Source: Octopus sinensis (lineage: Eukaryota). Taken from it: a stretch of 64,000 bases of DNA. The notes under the pieces are model-generated. The model was not told the DNA's origin, did not search any database, and saw only the letters and a list, made by a program, of their open reading frames with translations. Shown here piece by piece: positions 1-13,640 of this stretch (its first letter is position 1; each line of letters opens with the position of its first letter). The DNA lies in contig NC_042998.1 in NCBI RefSeq assembly GCF_006345805.1, positions 143,344,001-143,408,000 on the forward strand, given 5' to 3'. Both the position numbers and the translations under genes were made by a program.

Positions 1-170
1 CGAAACACGCATTGAGTCGAACCAGGGACAGCTGATAAAGGGGAATATTCCTTGTATTGTTTGTCTTGTACTCTGTTTTTTCGTTGTTAAAAAAAGTCCG
101 TTTCCATGTTTGTTTTTATGTTTTCGTTTCTCGTTGAGTTCTACGTCTATTTGTGGTGTCCTGTACTCAT
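1..170. repeat. Dispersed repeat fragment, second copy at about 53668-53830
   Basis: cgaaacacgcattgagtcgaaccagggacagctgataaaggggaatattccttgtattg... recurs nearly identically at about 53668 and both copies end at ...ggtgtcctgtactcat followed by (AT)n. Confidence 0.75.
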
Positions 171-692
171 ATGTATATATATATATATATATATGCATGT
201 AGATGTAGGTACGTACATATATGTATGTATGCATATATTTTATTTATTAAATTATATATATTTATATATATATATGTATGTGTGTGTGTGTGTGTGTGTA
301 TTAAAAAAAGCAAAAATAAAACAAAAATGTTAGTGTTCATTATGTTGGCGACAGGAATTTCTGTCAAAGAGACATGGTTAAACAAAGTTGTACATCATCT
401 CCCTCTTTCTCTCGCATACCCACTCTTTCTCTCTTATATTATTACTCCCACTGCCACCATCAGCACTACTACTTTTAATAAAACATTATTAACGCTCCCT
501 ACATTTCTTTGTCTCTTTTTCTCTCGCTCTCTTTTTCTTTCTCTGAATGTCTGTCTTCGCCACCACCCTCACTGTCTCTATGCCAATTATTACTCTCACC
601 CCATCATGAGGAATAGTAGGAGTGTCATTGACTAGTGAAAGAATGGGTCTAAACGTGACACACTGGTACACAGAAATTAGTTTTTCGCATTA

Positions 693-751
<59 letters not shown>

Positions 752-972
752 AATATATACATATTATGTGTGTGTGTATGTATATATGCATGCATATAAT
801 ATATACATATATATGCGGTGTGTGTATGTATATATGCATGCATGTATAAATATATATATGTACATATATATTATATATTATATATATATATTATATATAT
901 ATATATATATATACATGTATAATATTCATGTGTGCGCGTATGTATGTATATATGTATATGTGTGGTGTATGA

Positions 973-1005
<33 letters not shown>

Positions 1006-1244
1006 TTTATATATGTATGTAAAAATACACCAACTGTAAAAGCAGATTAATGATTGGTCTGGCTGGAGCAATACCTATATCTAGAAACAACATCTACATT
1101 ATACACACTCAGACAAACACACACGCACACACACAACACATCTACTGATACTCTACATTTACACACATTTATGTATGTAAATTACATATATAAATATATA
1201 AAAGTATTTATATACACATACATACATATATATATACATATCTG

Positions 1245-1276
<32 letters not shown>

Positions 1277-1280
1277 CTAT

Positions 1281-1369
<89 letters not shown>

Positions 1370-1587
1370 ATATATATATATATATATTCTGTGTGTGCTT
1401 ATGTAAATAAATCATATATGTAAGCAGACATGTATATCTTTCATATATGTTTGTATATCCATGTATGTATGTATGTATGTATGTATGTATGTAGGTATGT
1501 ATGTATGTATGTATGTATGTATCTATCTATGTGTCTGTCTGCCTGTCCTGTCTGTCTGTCTGTCTTTCTATCTATCTATCTATCTAT

Positions 1588-1634
<47 letters not shown>

Positions 1635-1635
1635 A

Positions 1636-1667
<32 letters not shown>

Positions 1668-1738
1668 CGTAATATATATATGCATGTATGTATGTTTATA
1701 TATATATATGCACATATATAATGTATATATATAATATA

Positions 1739-1785
<47 letters not shown>

Positions 1786-2502
1786 ATATATATATATGCA
1801 GTATGTATGTATATCTTTTCGGTGTTGGTATGATTGTATTTACGCCTATATGTAATTTTTTTTTGCGTGCGCGCGCGTGTGTGTGTTATGTGTATGTTTG
1901 TTTGTGTCTGTGTGTCTGTGTGTGTAGCGGAGCAAAATTTTCGTTTTGATTAATCACATATTAAACTTGTTTCTCAGTCTTTGTGTCTTCGCAGAAACTA
2001 TTTATCACAGAATAAAAATTAAAACGAATGAAAGCTCAATGTTGTGACCCCGATGACGCCATAAATTTGAAGATGTCAAATCGACCTGTTGAACTAAAGC
2101 AACCAGTGTGTTGTTTCACCCCAATCTTTCCTGTTCCTGCAGATATATGATCAGAATTATTCAAGCAATGATCTTTCACTTTAATTACTGTTATATCAGT
2201 TGTATTTTTTTTGTTTTTGTTTTTTGTTTTTTGATAACTCTGGCACTTTACAGTCTAAGAGGAGTCGTAGCACAAGCTTTCTTGTGGCGGCCCTTCTTAG
2301 AAACTTTTTCTCTGAACAGTTTTAACAACTATTTTTTAACGCTTCAAAATGTTTTTATTTTCTCTTAGTTTCATATGCAGTAATCCCAGATGCCCAGATT
2401 CTTTCTCTGCTTTTTTTTTTGGATGATCTCAGAAGTAATGGAGAAATATGATATAGATTCGAAATAATGACAACAACGACAACAACAACAATAATAATAA
2501 TA

Positions 2503-3697
2503 AGGTCATCACTGCATATTTGAAGGGTCTCAAATCAAGACTCAACTCAAGGAACTTTGTGACTGCCATCAACAAATGGGCTGTTGCTGTAGTCCGTTAT
2601 AGTGCACCCATCTTGAAATGGACACAAGCAGAGATTAACCAACTCGATCGCACTACCCGAAAGACAATGATAGTGCATGGTGCCCTCCACCTTAAGGCGA
2701 ATGTATAGATGTTCTACATGAAGAGGGATAAAGCTGGACGTGGGCTGATTAGCGCACGGTAGTACATCAAGAGTGAAAGAAGAAACATGGTAGAATATTT
2801 GGTAAACACCAAACAAACTTGCTACAGTATGCTGCTAATGCAGAAGGATTTACCAAAAATGGGCTTGAGAGTGCTCATGAATTCCGATCACGAACAGCCA
2901 ACGAGAGAAGAAACCCTACTCCGCATCGAATAACATGGTCAATTCCACCGTGAAACTAATAGCCTAAAAGACCAGGAAGCATCATGGAGGTGGCTTAACA
3001 AGGGTGATCTAAAAAAGAATACTGAAAGCCTAATAATCGCTGCCCAGGACCAGGTATTGAATACCAACTCAGTAAAAAAGAATATATACCACACAAGTGC
3101 TACGGACCTCTGCAGGATGTGTTGGAAGAGGGTCGAAAGCGTAACTCACGTTGTTAGTGCTTGTGAAAGTCTTGCGAAGAAAGAGTACAAGTGTAGACAC
3201 GACAAGGAAGCCTAAAACTTCCACTGGCTTCTATACCGTAAGTATGGATAGGAGGTTACGAGTACTTGGTACCAGTATACACCGGAAAAGGTAATGGACG
3301 AAAAAGGGAAGGCAAAAATCCTCTGGGGCTTTGACTTCCAAACAGACATGGTGTTAGAGCACCGAAGGCCGGATATTGTAACATGTAGGAGGGACAAACA
3401 AGAGTGCCTAATAACTGACGTGACAATGCCAGGAGATCAACATATTATCATGAAAGAAAGAGAAAAGACTGATAGATATGGAAACCCGAGAATTGAGATC
3501 GCCAAGATGTGGCGGGAGAATCAAACATAAAGGTTATCCCTTTTGTCATCGGAGCATTGGGTCAATACCACCGAAGCTGAAGAAACATCTGGAAACTTTA
3601 GAAATACCCTTTGACAGACATTAGAACCCCCCACCCCAGTAGACACAATGTCTTCAATCAACAACATCACGATATTGGATAGTGTGTGACGTCTTAA
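2503..3697 (+). mobile_element. 5'-truncated, degenerate RLE-type non-LTR retrotransposon (R4/Dong-like), C-terminal part
   Basis: Broken frames give LKSRLNSRNFVTAINKWAVAVVRYSA, then CRMCWKRVESVTHVVSAC (CCHC knuckle), then ILWGFDFQTD...HRRPDIV...CLITDV (PD-(D/E)xK endonuclease). Flanked by (AAT)n. Homologous to 55175-56738. Confidence 0.85.
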
Positions 3698-3809
3698 ATA
3701 ATAAAATAATGATGATGATAATGATATATGATAATGATGATGATGAGATGATGATGATGATGATGATTGATAATAATAATAATAAAATAATAATAATAAT
3801 AATAATAAT

Positions 3810-3955
3810 ATAATATTTATTTTTATTAACCACAAGGCCTCACATACAAACGCATTGAATGACATACAACAGAAAAGACAAAATCAGGTCGATACAAAGG
3901 GTTTTAGAGCGTGTAAATATAAATAACAATTAAAAATTAAACAAATTCAACTCCC
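3810..3955 (-). mobile_element. 3' UTR remnant of an L1/Tx1-like LINE
   Basis: Minus strand ends ...ccttgtggttaataaaa running into (ATT)n, resembling the 3' ends at about 4010, 48800 and 55080. Confidence 0.5.
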
Positions 3956-4007
3956 AATAATGATGATGATGATGATAACGATGATGATGATGTTGATGAG
4001 GATGATG

Positions 4008-4680
4008 ATTCCTTTATTAATCACAAAGGTTTACATTAAGAAAAACATTATGGACAGTACAAGACAAAAGCAAAGACTGTTTGTGTGTGTGCGTGTGTGA
4101 GTGGGTGTTGTGAGGGTTTTGCGTGTAAACAAAACGAAAAAAATTAAAAGATCAACAATGAGTGATCCTCAATCGGGAGAAGACATTCGAAGGTTCCTCA
4201 TGGAAAAAACCCTTAAAAAAACCCATAGGTACCCTGACTTTTGGGGTAGGTGCCTTTTTTTCTTTCTTTTTTTCCTAATTACAGGCGTATACTCAGGGCA
4301 GGCCTTTTTACCCGTTCCATTCTCGCCACTTTCATTCACCTTTCGGCAAATTGGCTAGAAGACAACACTCCCCTCTCTACCCTTATTTTCCTTTTCAAGT
4401 GAAACTTGAAGAAGTTCATCAGGGATTGGCCAAAGAGAAAAGTGTTTGTCTTCAGCCTCTTCAATCTCGTCCACCATACAACCTCTTTCGCCATGGTCAC
4501 CAGGCATATAAACACAAGCTTCCCTTCTAGGTTCAAGGAAGGTGGCGGGGCGATCTTCACGGTGGATTCAGTTGACAGCCGTAGGTGTTCGTCATAAACC
4601 CACAAGTCAGCAATGCTCGAGCACTGGACGAGTGCATGCAGGACCGCCTCGTCGTCCTGCGCCCATCTCGGACATGCTCT
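4008..4680 (-). mobile_element. 3' fragment of L1/Tx1-like LINE (zf-RVT region + 3' UTR)
   Basis: ORF 4336-4725 RACPRWAQDDEAVLHALVQC...KEVVWWTRLK...FFKFHLKRK matches the ORF2 C-terminus at 47643-48446. Ends AATAAA then (CAT)n. Confidence 0.85.
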
Positions 4681-4800
4681 AACGTAACAAAAAAAAAAAA
4701 AGCAATTGAAAAAATCAACGCCCACTTAAAAGAATTCCAACAAAACAGCAAAAACCAAAACACAAACAATAGACAACTTGACATGAGACGTAACGCCGAA

Positions 4801-4889
<89 letters not shown>

Positions 4890-4984
4890 GCATATCTTCT
4901 ACATACATACACACACACATATATACACAACTATACTACTATATACATATACATATAGAAATATATATATATAATATATATATA

Positions 4985-5019
<35 letters not shown>

Positions 5020-5974
5020 CGTTTGCATAATATATAGACATATGCTGTTATGTGAAGTTATTATATAAAAACAATTTATCATTAAATAGAACCTTCTATC
5101 ATTAAATAGAAGGATCACTCGGATTATATGTTTGTTAATTTTTACAAAGAGTAGGTTGTCATTGACTTGTACGTATGTATGTATGTATGTATGTATGTAT
5201 GTATGTATGTATGTATGTATGTATGTATGTTGGTATGTATATAAATAGTGCATATCAGTAACAGACATAAACAAAGGCATATATCTTTATACGCGTATGT
5301 TACATATATATAGTATGTTTAAATTATAACTAATTATAACCAAACTCTAATTTGTAAACTCACGCAAGCAATGACATGCGAAAGCATACAATTGTAGATT
5401 TATATATCAAAACATGGACCACCTGCTGCGGTAGCGGAGTGGAATTAGAGACGTGACGTGATAAAATAACAGGAGTGTAGAGTGTGATAGAGTGAGGGAG
5501 ACAACAGTAATGACAGAGTAAAATGGAGAGAGAGAGATTGGGAATGTGAGAGAGCGAAAGAGAAATTCATGTATATTATAAGTTGTGTGTGAAAAGAATT
5601 CTACAGAAAATGAAAAGAAGTGGAGGTAAATATTAATTTAAAGAACTCCATATACAGGAATCTTGTTCAGTTATGTGACTCATCTATAGATGCAATGTTG
5701 TTAGAACTGACAGCAACAAAGCTTTAGATCCAATAGACAAATCGTCAATCTACGGGTTTACTGTGTCGCCAAACTCTTCTATTGAGAGCTTACTTTTGGA
5801 CTGTACCAGCTTAGTTTGTGCCGACAGATCCACTACGAGCCTCATTTAAATCTGCTGTCTGAACCGTTGTAGTTTGTGCCGGCAGCTCGCTCGTATTAAG
5901 ATGACGTTCTATATATCATATTTAATGTAAATACATCGCGAAAAAGTAAATTTTATTGCGGTATTTGTCCAGAA

Positions 5975-6227
5975 GTGGAGGCGCGTGGCTTAGTGGTTAG
6001 GGTGTCAGCACCATGATCGTAAGGTTGCAGTTTCGATTCCTGGACCGGGCGACGCGTTGTGTTCTTGAGCAAAACACTTCATTTCACGTTGCTCTAGTCC
6101 ACTCAGCTGGCAAAAATGAGTAACGCTGCAATGGACTGGCGTCCCGTCCAACTGGGGAAGACATACGCCATAGAAACCGGGAAACCTGGCCCATGAGCCT
6201 GGCTAGGCTTTAAAAGGGCACATTTAT
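5975..6227 (+). mobile_element. tRNA-derived SINE with 13-bp target-site duplication
   Basis: A box TGGCTTAGTGG, B box GTTTCGATTCC, core cttgagcaaaacacttcatttcacgttgctc. TSD tatttgtccagaa at 5962-5974 and 6228-6240. Confidence 0.9.
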
Positions 6228-7585
6228 TATTTGTCCAGAAATAGCAACTCTTTTAATCTAATAAATATCTCCTAAAACTGCTCCTGCATATAACGGACTT
6301 TTATTAAGCCGGACAGCTACTTACAACACCAGTGATTGTTCATTCAGTTTTCTTATGCTCGTTGCGAAAAATTTTCCATCTTAGTCTGATACGGGCTGCG
6401 AGTACGTTTTACTGATAACGCTCAGCTAGGCATAAATGTGAATCTAGCATTCTCACCAGCTGCTGGACTATTTTCATCTGCTTCCGATATATGTGTGTAT
6501 GTGTGTGTGTGTGTGTATTTGTGTGTGTGTATGTGTGTCTCTGTGTATTGTGTTTTTAAGCAAAGCACGTCCATATGATATACATTAAGTACACAGATGA
6601 CTTCCTCTTTTTTGTTCTTCAGACAAAGAACTGAGTCCGAAACGTTAAAGAAACTTTCTCGTTCTGTTCGAGCGTTATATTAATAACTCCTTTGTTAAAA
6701 CTTGCCCCTCTTGATGTGTTCTTTTTTGTTTTTGCCCTCTCTCTCTCTGCCGTCTCTCTCTTTCTCTCTCTCACATACACATATACATGTAAGTATAAAC
6801 ATACATAAATGCACACACAGATACGTGTGTTATGTTTATTATAGTCTAAGTGTGTATGAATTAGATACAATAAAAATAATGTTTAAAATACATTGATACG
6901 TTCAAAATTACATGTTAGATTTAACGTTGAGAGTTCTCAAACGTTTAAAAACATCTCTTTAGGGGCTATGTCCTGTGCTTCAAGTGCTGTAGGTCGTTAA
7001 GGCATCAACTTGAACGAAACCAATTAAACGATAGAAACAGCGAGATGGGAGAAGGGGTTAGCTTGGTAATAGAAATAATCAAATTTAGAAAATTGATGTA
7101 AATAATTGAATTTTTTTTTAGAAAAAATTATTGAAACCGATAATGAAATATTTGAAAATGAAAATATGCAGTAGTTGGGATTTTAATGAGTTGTTATATG
7201 TTTATTAAAGAGATATTAAGGAAGATTATATTAGTCCAAACAAGGTACAGCACACACAAACACATAGCGTACTTTCATGCGCACACTCACGAACAAAAAC
7301 ACTTACACACACACACGTACATACAGACATGCACACCATTCATGCACACATACATACAAATATCATGGATATATATTATATATCTGCGTATCTACGCAAG
7401 AATGCACGCATGCACTCATACGTATGCATGTACGTACGTATGCATGCATGTATGTATGTATGTATGTATGTATGTATGTATGTATGTATTTATGTATGGA
7501 TGGATGTATTATGGATGTATGTATCTATCTTACACATGCATATGTATGTATATATTTATGTACACATATACGTACATATATACAC

Positions 7586-7675
<90 letters not shown>

Positions 7676-7859
7676 GCATACATGTATATATGTAATATAT
7701 GTATACACATATGAGTGTGAATTATCATCATCATTATTTAACGCCCGTTTTCCATTGTCAGATGAGTATTCATACACAAACACACACACATATGTGCATA
7801 TATATATAATATATATATGTCTGTGTGTATATATATATATATATATCTGTGTATTATAT

Positions 7860-7902
<43 letters not shown>

Positions 7903-7916
7903 TATATATGCATATA

Positions 7917-7967
<51 letters not shown>

Positions 7968-7992
7968 CTATATATATATATATATATATATA

Positions 7993-8310
7993 GAGCACTC
8001 CGTTGGTTTCGACGACGCGGCCCCAGCTGATACGATCAACGGAATAGCTTGTGCTCGTGATATTAACGTACAAGTGCCTGAGCAATCCACAGACACGTGT
8101 GATCCTTAATGTAGTTCTCAAGGAGATTCAGCATGACACAGAGTGTGACAAAGCTGGCTCTTTGAAATAAAGGTACTACTCAGTTTTGCCAGCTAAGTAG
8201 ACTGGAGCAACGTGAAATAAAGCATCTTGCTCAAGGATACAACGCGTCGCTGGGAATTAAACTCACGACCTTACGATCGTGGGCTGAATGTCGTAACCAC
8301 GCGGCTTCAC
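7993..8310 (-). mobile_element. tRNA-derived SINE sharing the 5975 core
   Basis: Reverse complement contains ccttgagcaagatgctttatttcacgttgctccagtctacttagctggcaaaactgagta after a degenerate tRNA-like head. Confidence 0.75.
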
Positions 8311-8416
8311 TATATATATATATCTGTGTGTGTGTGTATGTGTGTGTGTTTATGTGTGTGTATGTATATATGCGTGAATATATATATATACATATATATA
8401 CATATATACATATGTA

Positions 8417-8454
<38 letters not shown>

Positions 8455-8647
8455 CATATACATGCATATATATATAAATACATATCCATATTTATATAAA
8501 TACATATATAAATACATATATGTACATATAAATGTACTGTGTATATGCATCTATCTATATGCATCCACACACACTTACACGACACACAACAACACACACA
8601 CACACACACACACACACACCACACACACCACACACACACACACCCAC

Positions 8648-8682
<35 letters not shown>

Positions 8683-9112
8683 CTATATACATATAGAAAA
8701 TCCACACACATAACTTACATATTCAAACATCCATTACATGCCTGAATAAGTGGCAGAATACAAGGTGAAGGGGTGGGGTGGGGCTGTTGAGGAGTTTTGG
8801 TGGTGGCGGCGGCGGTGGGAGGGGGAGACAAGTGATGAATGGGGTAGAAGACAATAGAGGAAGGGAGGGAGAGAAGGCGGAGGAGAAATGGGAGGGGGGA
8901 GGTTCTATGACGTGGTGGTGGTGGTGGTGGTAAGAGGGAAAGAAGCTGAGAGGGGGAGGGGAAATAAATTAAAGAGTTTGTATTTGTGGCGATGCAGAGA
9001 TAAATTATGTGTAATACGTGTGTGTGTGAGAGAATAAGTGTGTATATATGCATATATGCGTTTGTGTTTCATCTGTATAAGTGTATGCAAGTGTGAATGA
9101 TTATATCTATCC

Positions 9113-9192
<80 letters not shown>

Positions 9193-9436
9193 GTACTTGT
9201 ATGTAATATCTTTATGCATATGTGTCAGTATGTTATACATGTGTGTATGTATGTATGTATGTATGTATGTATGTATGTATGTATGTGTGTGTATGTATGT
9301 ATGTATGTATGTATGTATGTATGTATGTATGTATGTATGTATGTATGTATGTATGTATGTACATGTATTAATCCATGCCGTTATGTATTAGAATGTTTAT
9401 ATATAGCTTTCTTGTTTCTCACTCTGTGTCTATCTA

Positions 9437-9479
<43 letters not shown>

Positions 9480-9776
9480 ACAGACATATATATATGGTAC
9501 ATGTTTCTATGTGCGTATGCATGCATGCATGTGTTTATGTGTGCATATATGTGTGTATGTATATAGTATGTAAGTATGCATGCATGTTTGTGTGTGTAAG
9601 TATATATACATGTAGGTATTAATGTATGAGTGTATGTGTGTGTGAATGAGTATGTATATAGGTATATATGTCGATCACTTAACACATTCCGACATGGTCA
9701 GACAATTTGAAGCGCATATCGATATACATACATACGCACGACACATACATACAGTGCATACATGCATATAATCCTT

Positions 9777-9876
9777 NNNNNNNNNNNNNNNNNNNNNNNN
9801 NNNNNNNNNNNNNNNNNNNNNNNNNNNNNNNNNNNNNNNNNNNNNNNNNNNNNNNNNNNNNNNNNNNNNNNNNNNN
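9777..9876. other. Assembly gap (100 N)
   Basis: Run of n characters. Confidence 1.
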
Positions 9877-10400
9877 CCCCTCAACCATGCCCCTCCAACG
9901 TACCATTCTCCGAGCCTTCCGACCCCTCCACCTTGCACATCTTCCCCAACCTGTCCCATCCTTCCTTCAAACGAGCCCACACCCTGCGTGAACTACTGGT
10001 CCACAGTTTCTTCCTTGACCCCCACCTCCCAGCTTGGCTCGTTCCCCTGCTCCTGTCCGTGCTACTGCATTTGCCCCTACCTCTCCAACACCACCATCCT
10101 CATAGGATCATGGTCCCTATCATATCACCGACTCCTTTACCTGCACTTCTAGCAACGTCATTTACTGCATCTCCTGCTCTTTCTGCCTTTCTCTGTACAT
10201 CGGTCAAACGGGACGCCGATTGGATGATCGATTCACAGAACCCCTCCGAGACATTAGACTCGGCAATGACACTCCGGTCTCGTGCCATTTCCGCTCGACC
10301 TGTCATTTATTACAACACCTGTCTGTGTTCGGACAGTCTTTGCACAGGGGCCATCCGGACTCCCGTCTTCGCTGTGAACAGAAATTAATCTCCACACTGC
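9877..10400 (+). mobile_element. Penelope-like element fragment (Cys-rich linker + GIY-YIG endonuclease)
   Basis: Translates as ...YHITDSFTCTSSNVIYCISCSFCLSLYIGQTGRRLDDRFTEPLRDIRLGNDTPVSCHF...RLRCEQKLISTL, the VIY...YIGQT GIY-YIG motif typical of PLEs. Confidence 0.88.
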
Positions 10401-10463
10401 TCGCTCCCCCCGTAGTGGTGGCGACCATTGTCGACAGCGACCGACCGACCGGTCGATCGATGA

Positions 10464-11840
10464 TACCTGGCTGATCCTGCCAGTAGTCATATGCTTGTCT
10501 CAAAACTTAAACCATGCAAGTTCATACCGTAAACGAATGGTGAAACCGCGAATGGTTCAGGAACCGGACCTAATCCTCGGGACCGTATTCCTCACCACAA
10601 GGAGAGTGGATAACTGTGGAAATTCTAGAGTTAATACATGCAACTGAAGCTGCGGTGCAGGCCACACTCGGTCGTCGGGCCGAAAATCAGCGTTCGCCTC
10701 AGCTCGCCGCCAGAGCCCTCCCGCCCGCTCAACCGGACCAGGGCGGCGCACCTGCGCTCGCCCCCGGTCATGACGATGCGGTTGGCCTTCCGCACTGGTC
10801 GCGGCGTAAATATTGGAATAAGACCGACGCGTACGGGCCGTCGCAGCAGCCGCCGCACCCCGCGCGCGGGTCGAGGCGTGCGGCAGTTTCACGCTCTTCG
10901 ATTTTGGTGACTCTGGATAACTGTCGCTCCGCTGGCGTTCGCTTCGATGACCCGGCGGGGAGCTTGCGCAGGAAACCATAGTCAGTTCCGGGGGAAGAGT
11001 ATGGTTGCAAAACAGAAACTGAAAGGAACTGACGGAAGGGCATCACCAGGAGTGGAGCCTGCGGCTTAATTTGACTCAACACGGAAAAACTCACCCAGTC
11101 CGGACAACGGTAGGATAGACAGATCGATAGCTCTTTCTCGATTCGGTGGGTGGTGGTGCATGGCCGTTCTTAGTTGGCGATACGTCTGGTTGATCCGATA
11201 ACAACGTGACTCTGGCCCACTAACTAGCGTGCCGATTAGTGCTTTTCTGGCAGCGCAGCGGCGCCGAAACCGTCGTCGGTAGATCCGTGCACGTCCCGCG
11301 CTTGCCGTTTCCACCGCTTTCCATCACGTCAGGCGCTGCGGCCGCGTCCGGCTGCCGCCCCTCCCGGGGCTATCGCGACGTCGTTGCAGAGTCGGTATCC
11401 GGTCGGCTCGGCTCGGCTCGGCTCGCGCGAGCCCAGCAGCGGTACGCCGTCGCGTCCGTGCCGGTCGGTTGGAGAATGCAGCGCTTCTTAGAGAGACGGC
11501 TGGCAGAAAGCCGCACCAAGCGGAGAGATAGCAGGTCTGTGATGCTCTTAGATGTTCGGGCCCACACGCGCGTCACACTGGAGGTATCAGCGGGCGCATT
11601 TACCCCGGCCGAGTGGGTCGGGAAACCGCTGAACCACCTCCCGTGATAGGGATCGGGGCCTGGAACTAACCCCATGAACGTGAAATTCCCGGTAGGCGCG
11701 AGTCATCAGATTGCGTCGATCACGTCCCTACCCTTTGTACATAACGCCCGTCGCTACTACCGATCGGATGGTCCGGTGAGGTCCTCGGATCTGGCCGACG
11801 AGTCCGCTTGCGCGCGGCGGCGTCCCGCGCCGTTGTCGAC
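10464..11840 (+). pseudogene. 18S rRNA: 18S rRNA pseudogene with a large internal deletion and missing 3' end
   Basis: Starts tacctggctgatcctgccagtagtcatatgcttgtctcaaa. Conserved blocks gacggaagggcatcaccaggagtggagcctgcggcttaatttgactcaacacgg, aggtctgtgatgctcttagatg and ccctttgtacataacgcccgtcgctactaccgat. Substitutions occur in universal positions. The central region and the terminal ...gatcatta are absent. Confidence 0.95.
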
Positions 11841-12241
11841 GTGTTCTCTGATGGCTCTCATAAGCCGCGGCCGGGTCCCCTCGCCTTCATCTCATTCGCC
11901 CCTCTAACAGTGCAGTGCAGCGCCGCGCAGCTGTCCGCTCCGATGCCACGCCTGCTCGCTGCCGATCCTGCACGCCCCATCGAGCAGGCGCCCGTCCGAC
12001 AACCAGTGTGCTCGGCCGATGATACAGCGCGCTTTGCGGCTCCACGAGCATTTCATTTTTTCTCAGTTTCCCTTTCTTCTTCTCCCGCATCCACCGGCCT
12101 TCGCGACTAGCGGCAGCAGTCGCGAGCTGTTCTTCTGCTACCGCAGCTAGGTTTTCGTTTCGTTTCGCTTTTTTTCCCTTCGCGGACGACGCGCCGCGTC
12201 CCTTTCCGTATGTCATCGTCAGTAGTAGTAGTAAATATAGA
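11841..12241 (+). other. ITS1-like spacer remnant
   Basis: GC-rich sequence between the 18S helix-44 remnant and the 5.8S. Confidence 0.7.
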
Positions 12242-12400
12242 AACCCTGGATGGGGATCACTTGGCTCGTCTGTAGATGAAGAGCGCGGCTAACCGCGTGA
12301 ACTGATGCGAATTGCAGGACTCACTGAATATCGACACCTCGAATATACATTGCGGCCCCGGGATCCCATCGTCCCGGGGTTTCCATCTGGTTGAGAGGCG
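12242..12400 (+). pseudogene. 5.8S rRNA: 5.8S rRNA (degenerate copy)
   Basis: aaccctggatggggatcacttggctcgtctgtagatgaagagcgcggcta...gaattgcaggac...cattgcggcc matches the 5.8S consensus. ITS2-like GC-rich sequence follows to about 12595. Confidence 0.92.
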
Positions 12401-12595
12401 GTCACGACACAAAAACGCCGTCCGCCGATGCCGTCGTCGCCGTTAGCAGGCGGCGGGATGTCGTTAGTTGCAGGAAAGGGCGAGCCGGAGAAGCGTGGAC
12501 GGAACCTCTTCTTTCGTCCTCCTTCTTCTCGCCCGACTAACGCGCGCCGCTCGATCCTCCATTTTCCGCCACGTCAGACCGTCATCGTTGCGCAG

Positions 12596-12740
12596 CAGAA
12601 GGGCAGAAAGAGCAGATGCAGTAAATGATGTTGCTAGAAGTGCAGGTAAAGGAGTCAGTGATATGATAGGGACGATGATGAGTGCCTGTGAGCATGGTAG
12701 TGTTGGAGAGTTAGGGGAGGTGCAGTAGCGTGAGCATGTG
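12596..12740 (-). mobile_element. Inverted PLE GIY-YIG fragment
   Basis: Reverse complement (ccctatcatatcactgactcctttacctgcacttctagcaacatcatttactgcatc) matches about 10052-10195. Confidence 0.88.
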
Positions 12741-12761
12741 CGTGTGTATATATATATATAT

Positions 12762-12843
<82 letters not shown>

Positions 12844-13139
12844 AGTATATAGGTATATAAATAGATATTGAGAGATAGAAAGATAGATGGACAGACAGAT
12901 GTGAAGAGAAAGGCTTAATGGAAAACTGAAAAAAAAAATGAAATATGTCAAGAAATAAGACAGAAGATTGGTGGTGGTGGTGGGAAAATGAAGGAAAGGA
13001 ATAATGAATGGTTAAATGAAGAAAGGAGATAAAAAAAGAAAACTGGAAAGCTCTAAAAACGAAATCATGAAAGAATACTTAATGAAAGAAATTTAAAAGA
13101 AAGAAGCAAGAGAAGTAATAAATCCCAAAGGATTGAGAG

Positions 13140-13640
13140 CATGAGCTTGAAGTTGACAGAAAGACGCAAGCATGGCTGTATAGTCTAGGAGTTCGCTTTG
13201 CAAAGACGTTGTTTTGGTTTCAATTCCACTGCCCAGCTTTTTACGCATATATGTTCTACTATAGCGCCAGGTCGACCAATATCTTGTGAAAGAATTCGGT
13301 AGATGGAAACTGCATGGAATCTCATTGCGTATATACATACATTTAAACATACATATATGTATGAGCATGTATATATATATGTATATATGTATGTATGTGT
13401 TTGTGTGTGTGAGTGTGTGTGTATGTGTGTGTATGTGTTTGTGTGTGTGCGTGTGTGTGTCTGTGTTTCTTCCCATCTTCCCCACTGCTTGACAACTAGT
13501 ATTAGTTGGTTTACATCCCAGAAACTTAGCGGTTCTGTAAAAGTGACAGAAAAAAAAGTACTAGGATAGATCTGCCAAACGAAAACTCTCCATGGTATGT
13601 CCTAGACTAATGACTGAAACAAACCAAAGATAAAAGAGAG
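13140..13640 (+). mobile_element. Degenerate SINE with internal (TA/TG)n microsatellite
   Basis: tRNA-like head (ggtttcaattccactg), segment ...ggtagatggaaactg, and tail aacttagcggttc...atgactgaaacaa shared with 31365-31760. Confidence 0.6.

Noticed and set aside
106-1734. Many ORFs rich in YI/CV/MYVC/LSIY, here and throughout the window
   Set aside because: Translations of (TA)n, (TG)n, (TATG)n and (TATC)n microsatellites, not genes.
5975-6050. Possible tRNA gene
   Set aside because: The A/B boxes belong to a SINE head with a shared core and TSD, and no proper cloverleaf end is present.
10557-12216. GC-rich ORFs on both strands
   Set aside because: They overlap rDNA-derived sequence and are spurious.
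10464-12400. Functional rDNA unit or contamination
   Set aside because: Large deletions, substitutions in universal positions, no 28S, and direct fusion to host-type repeats.
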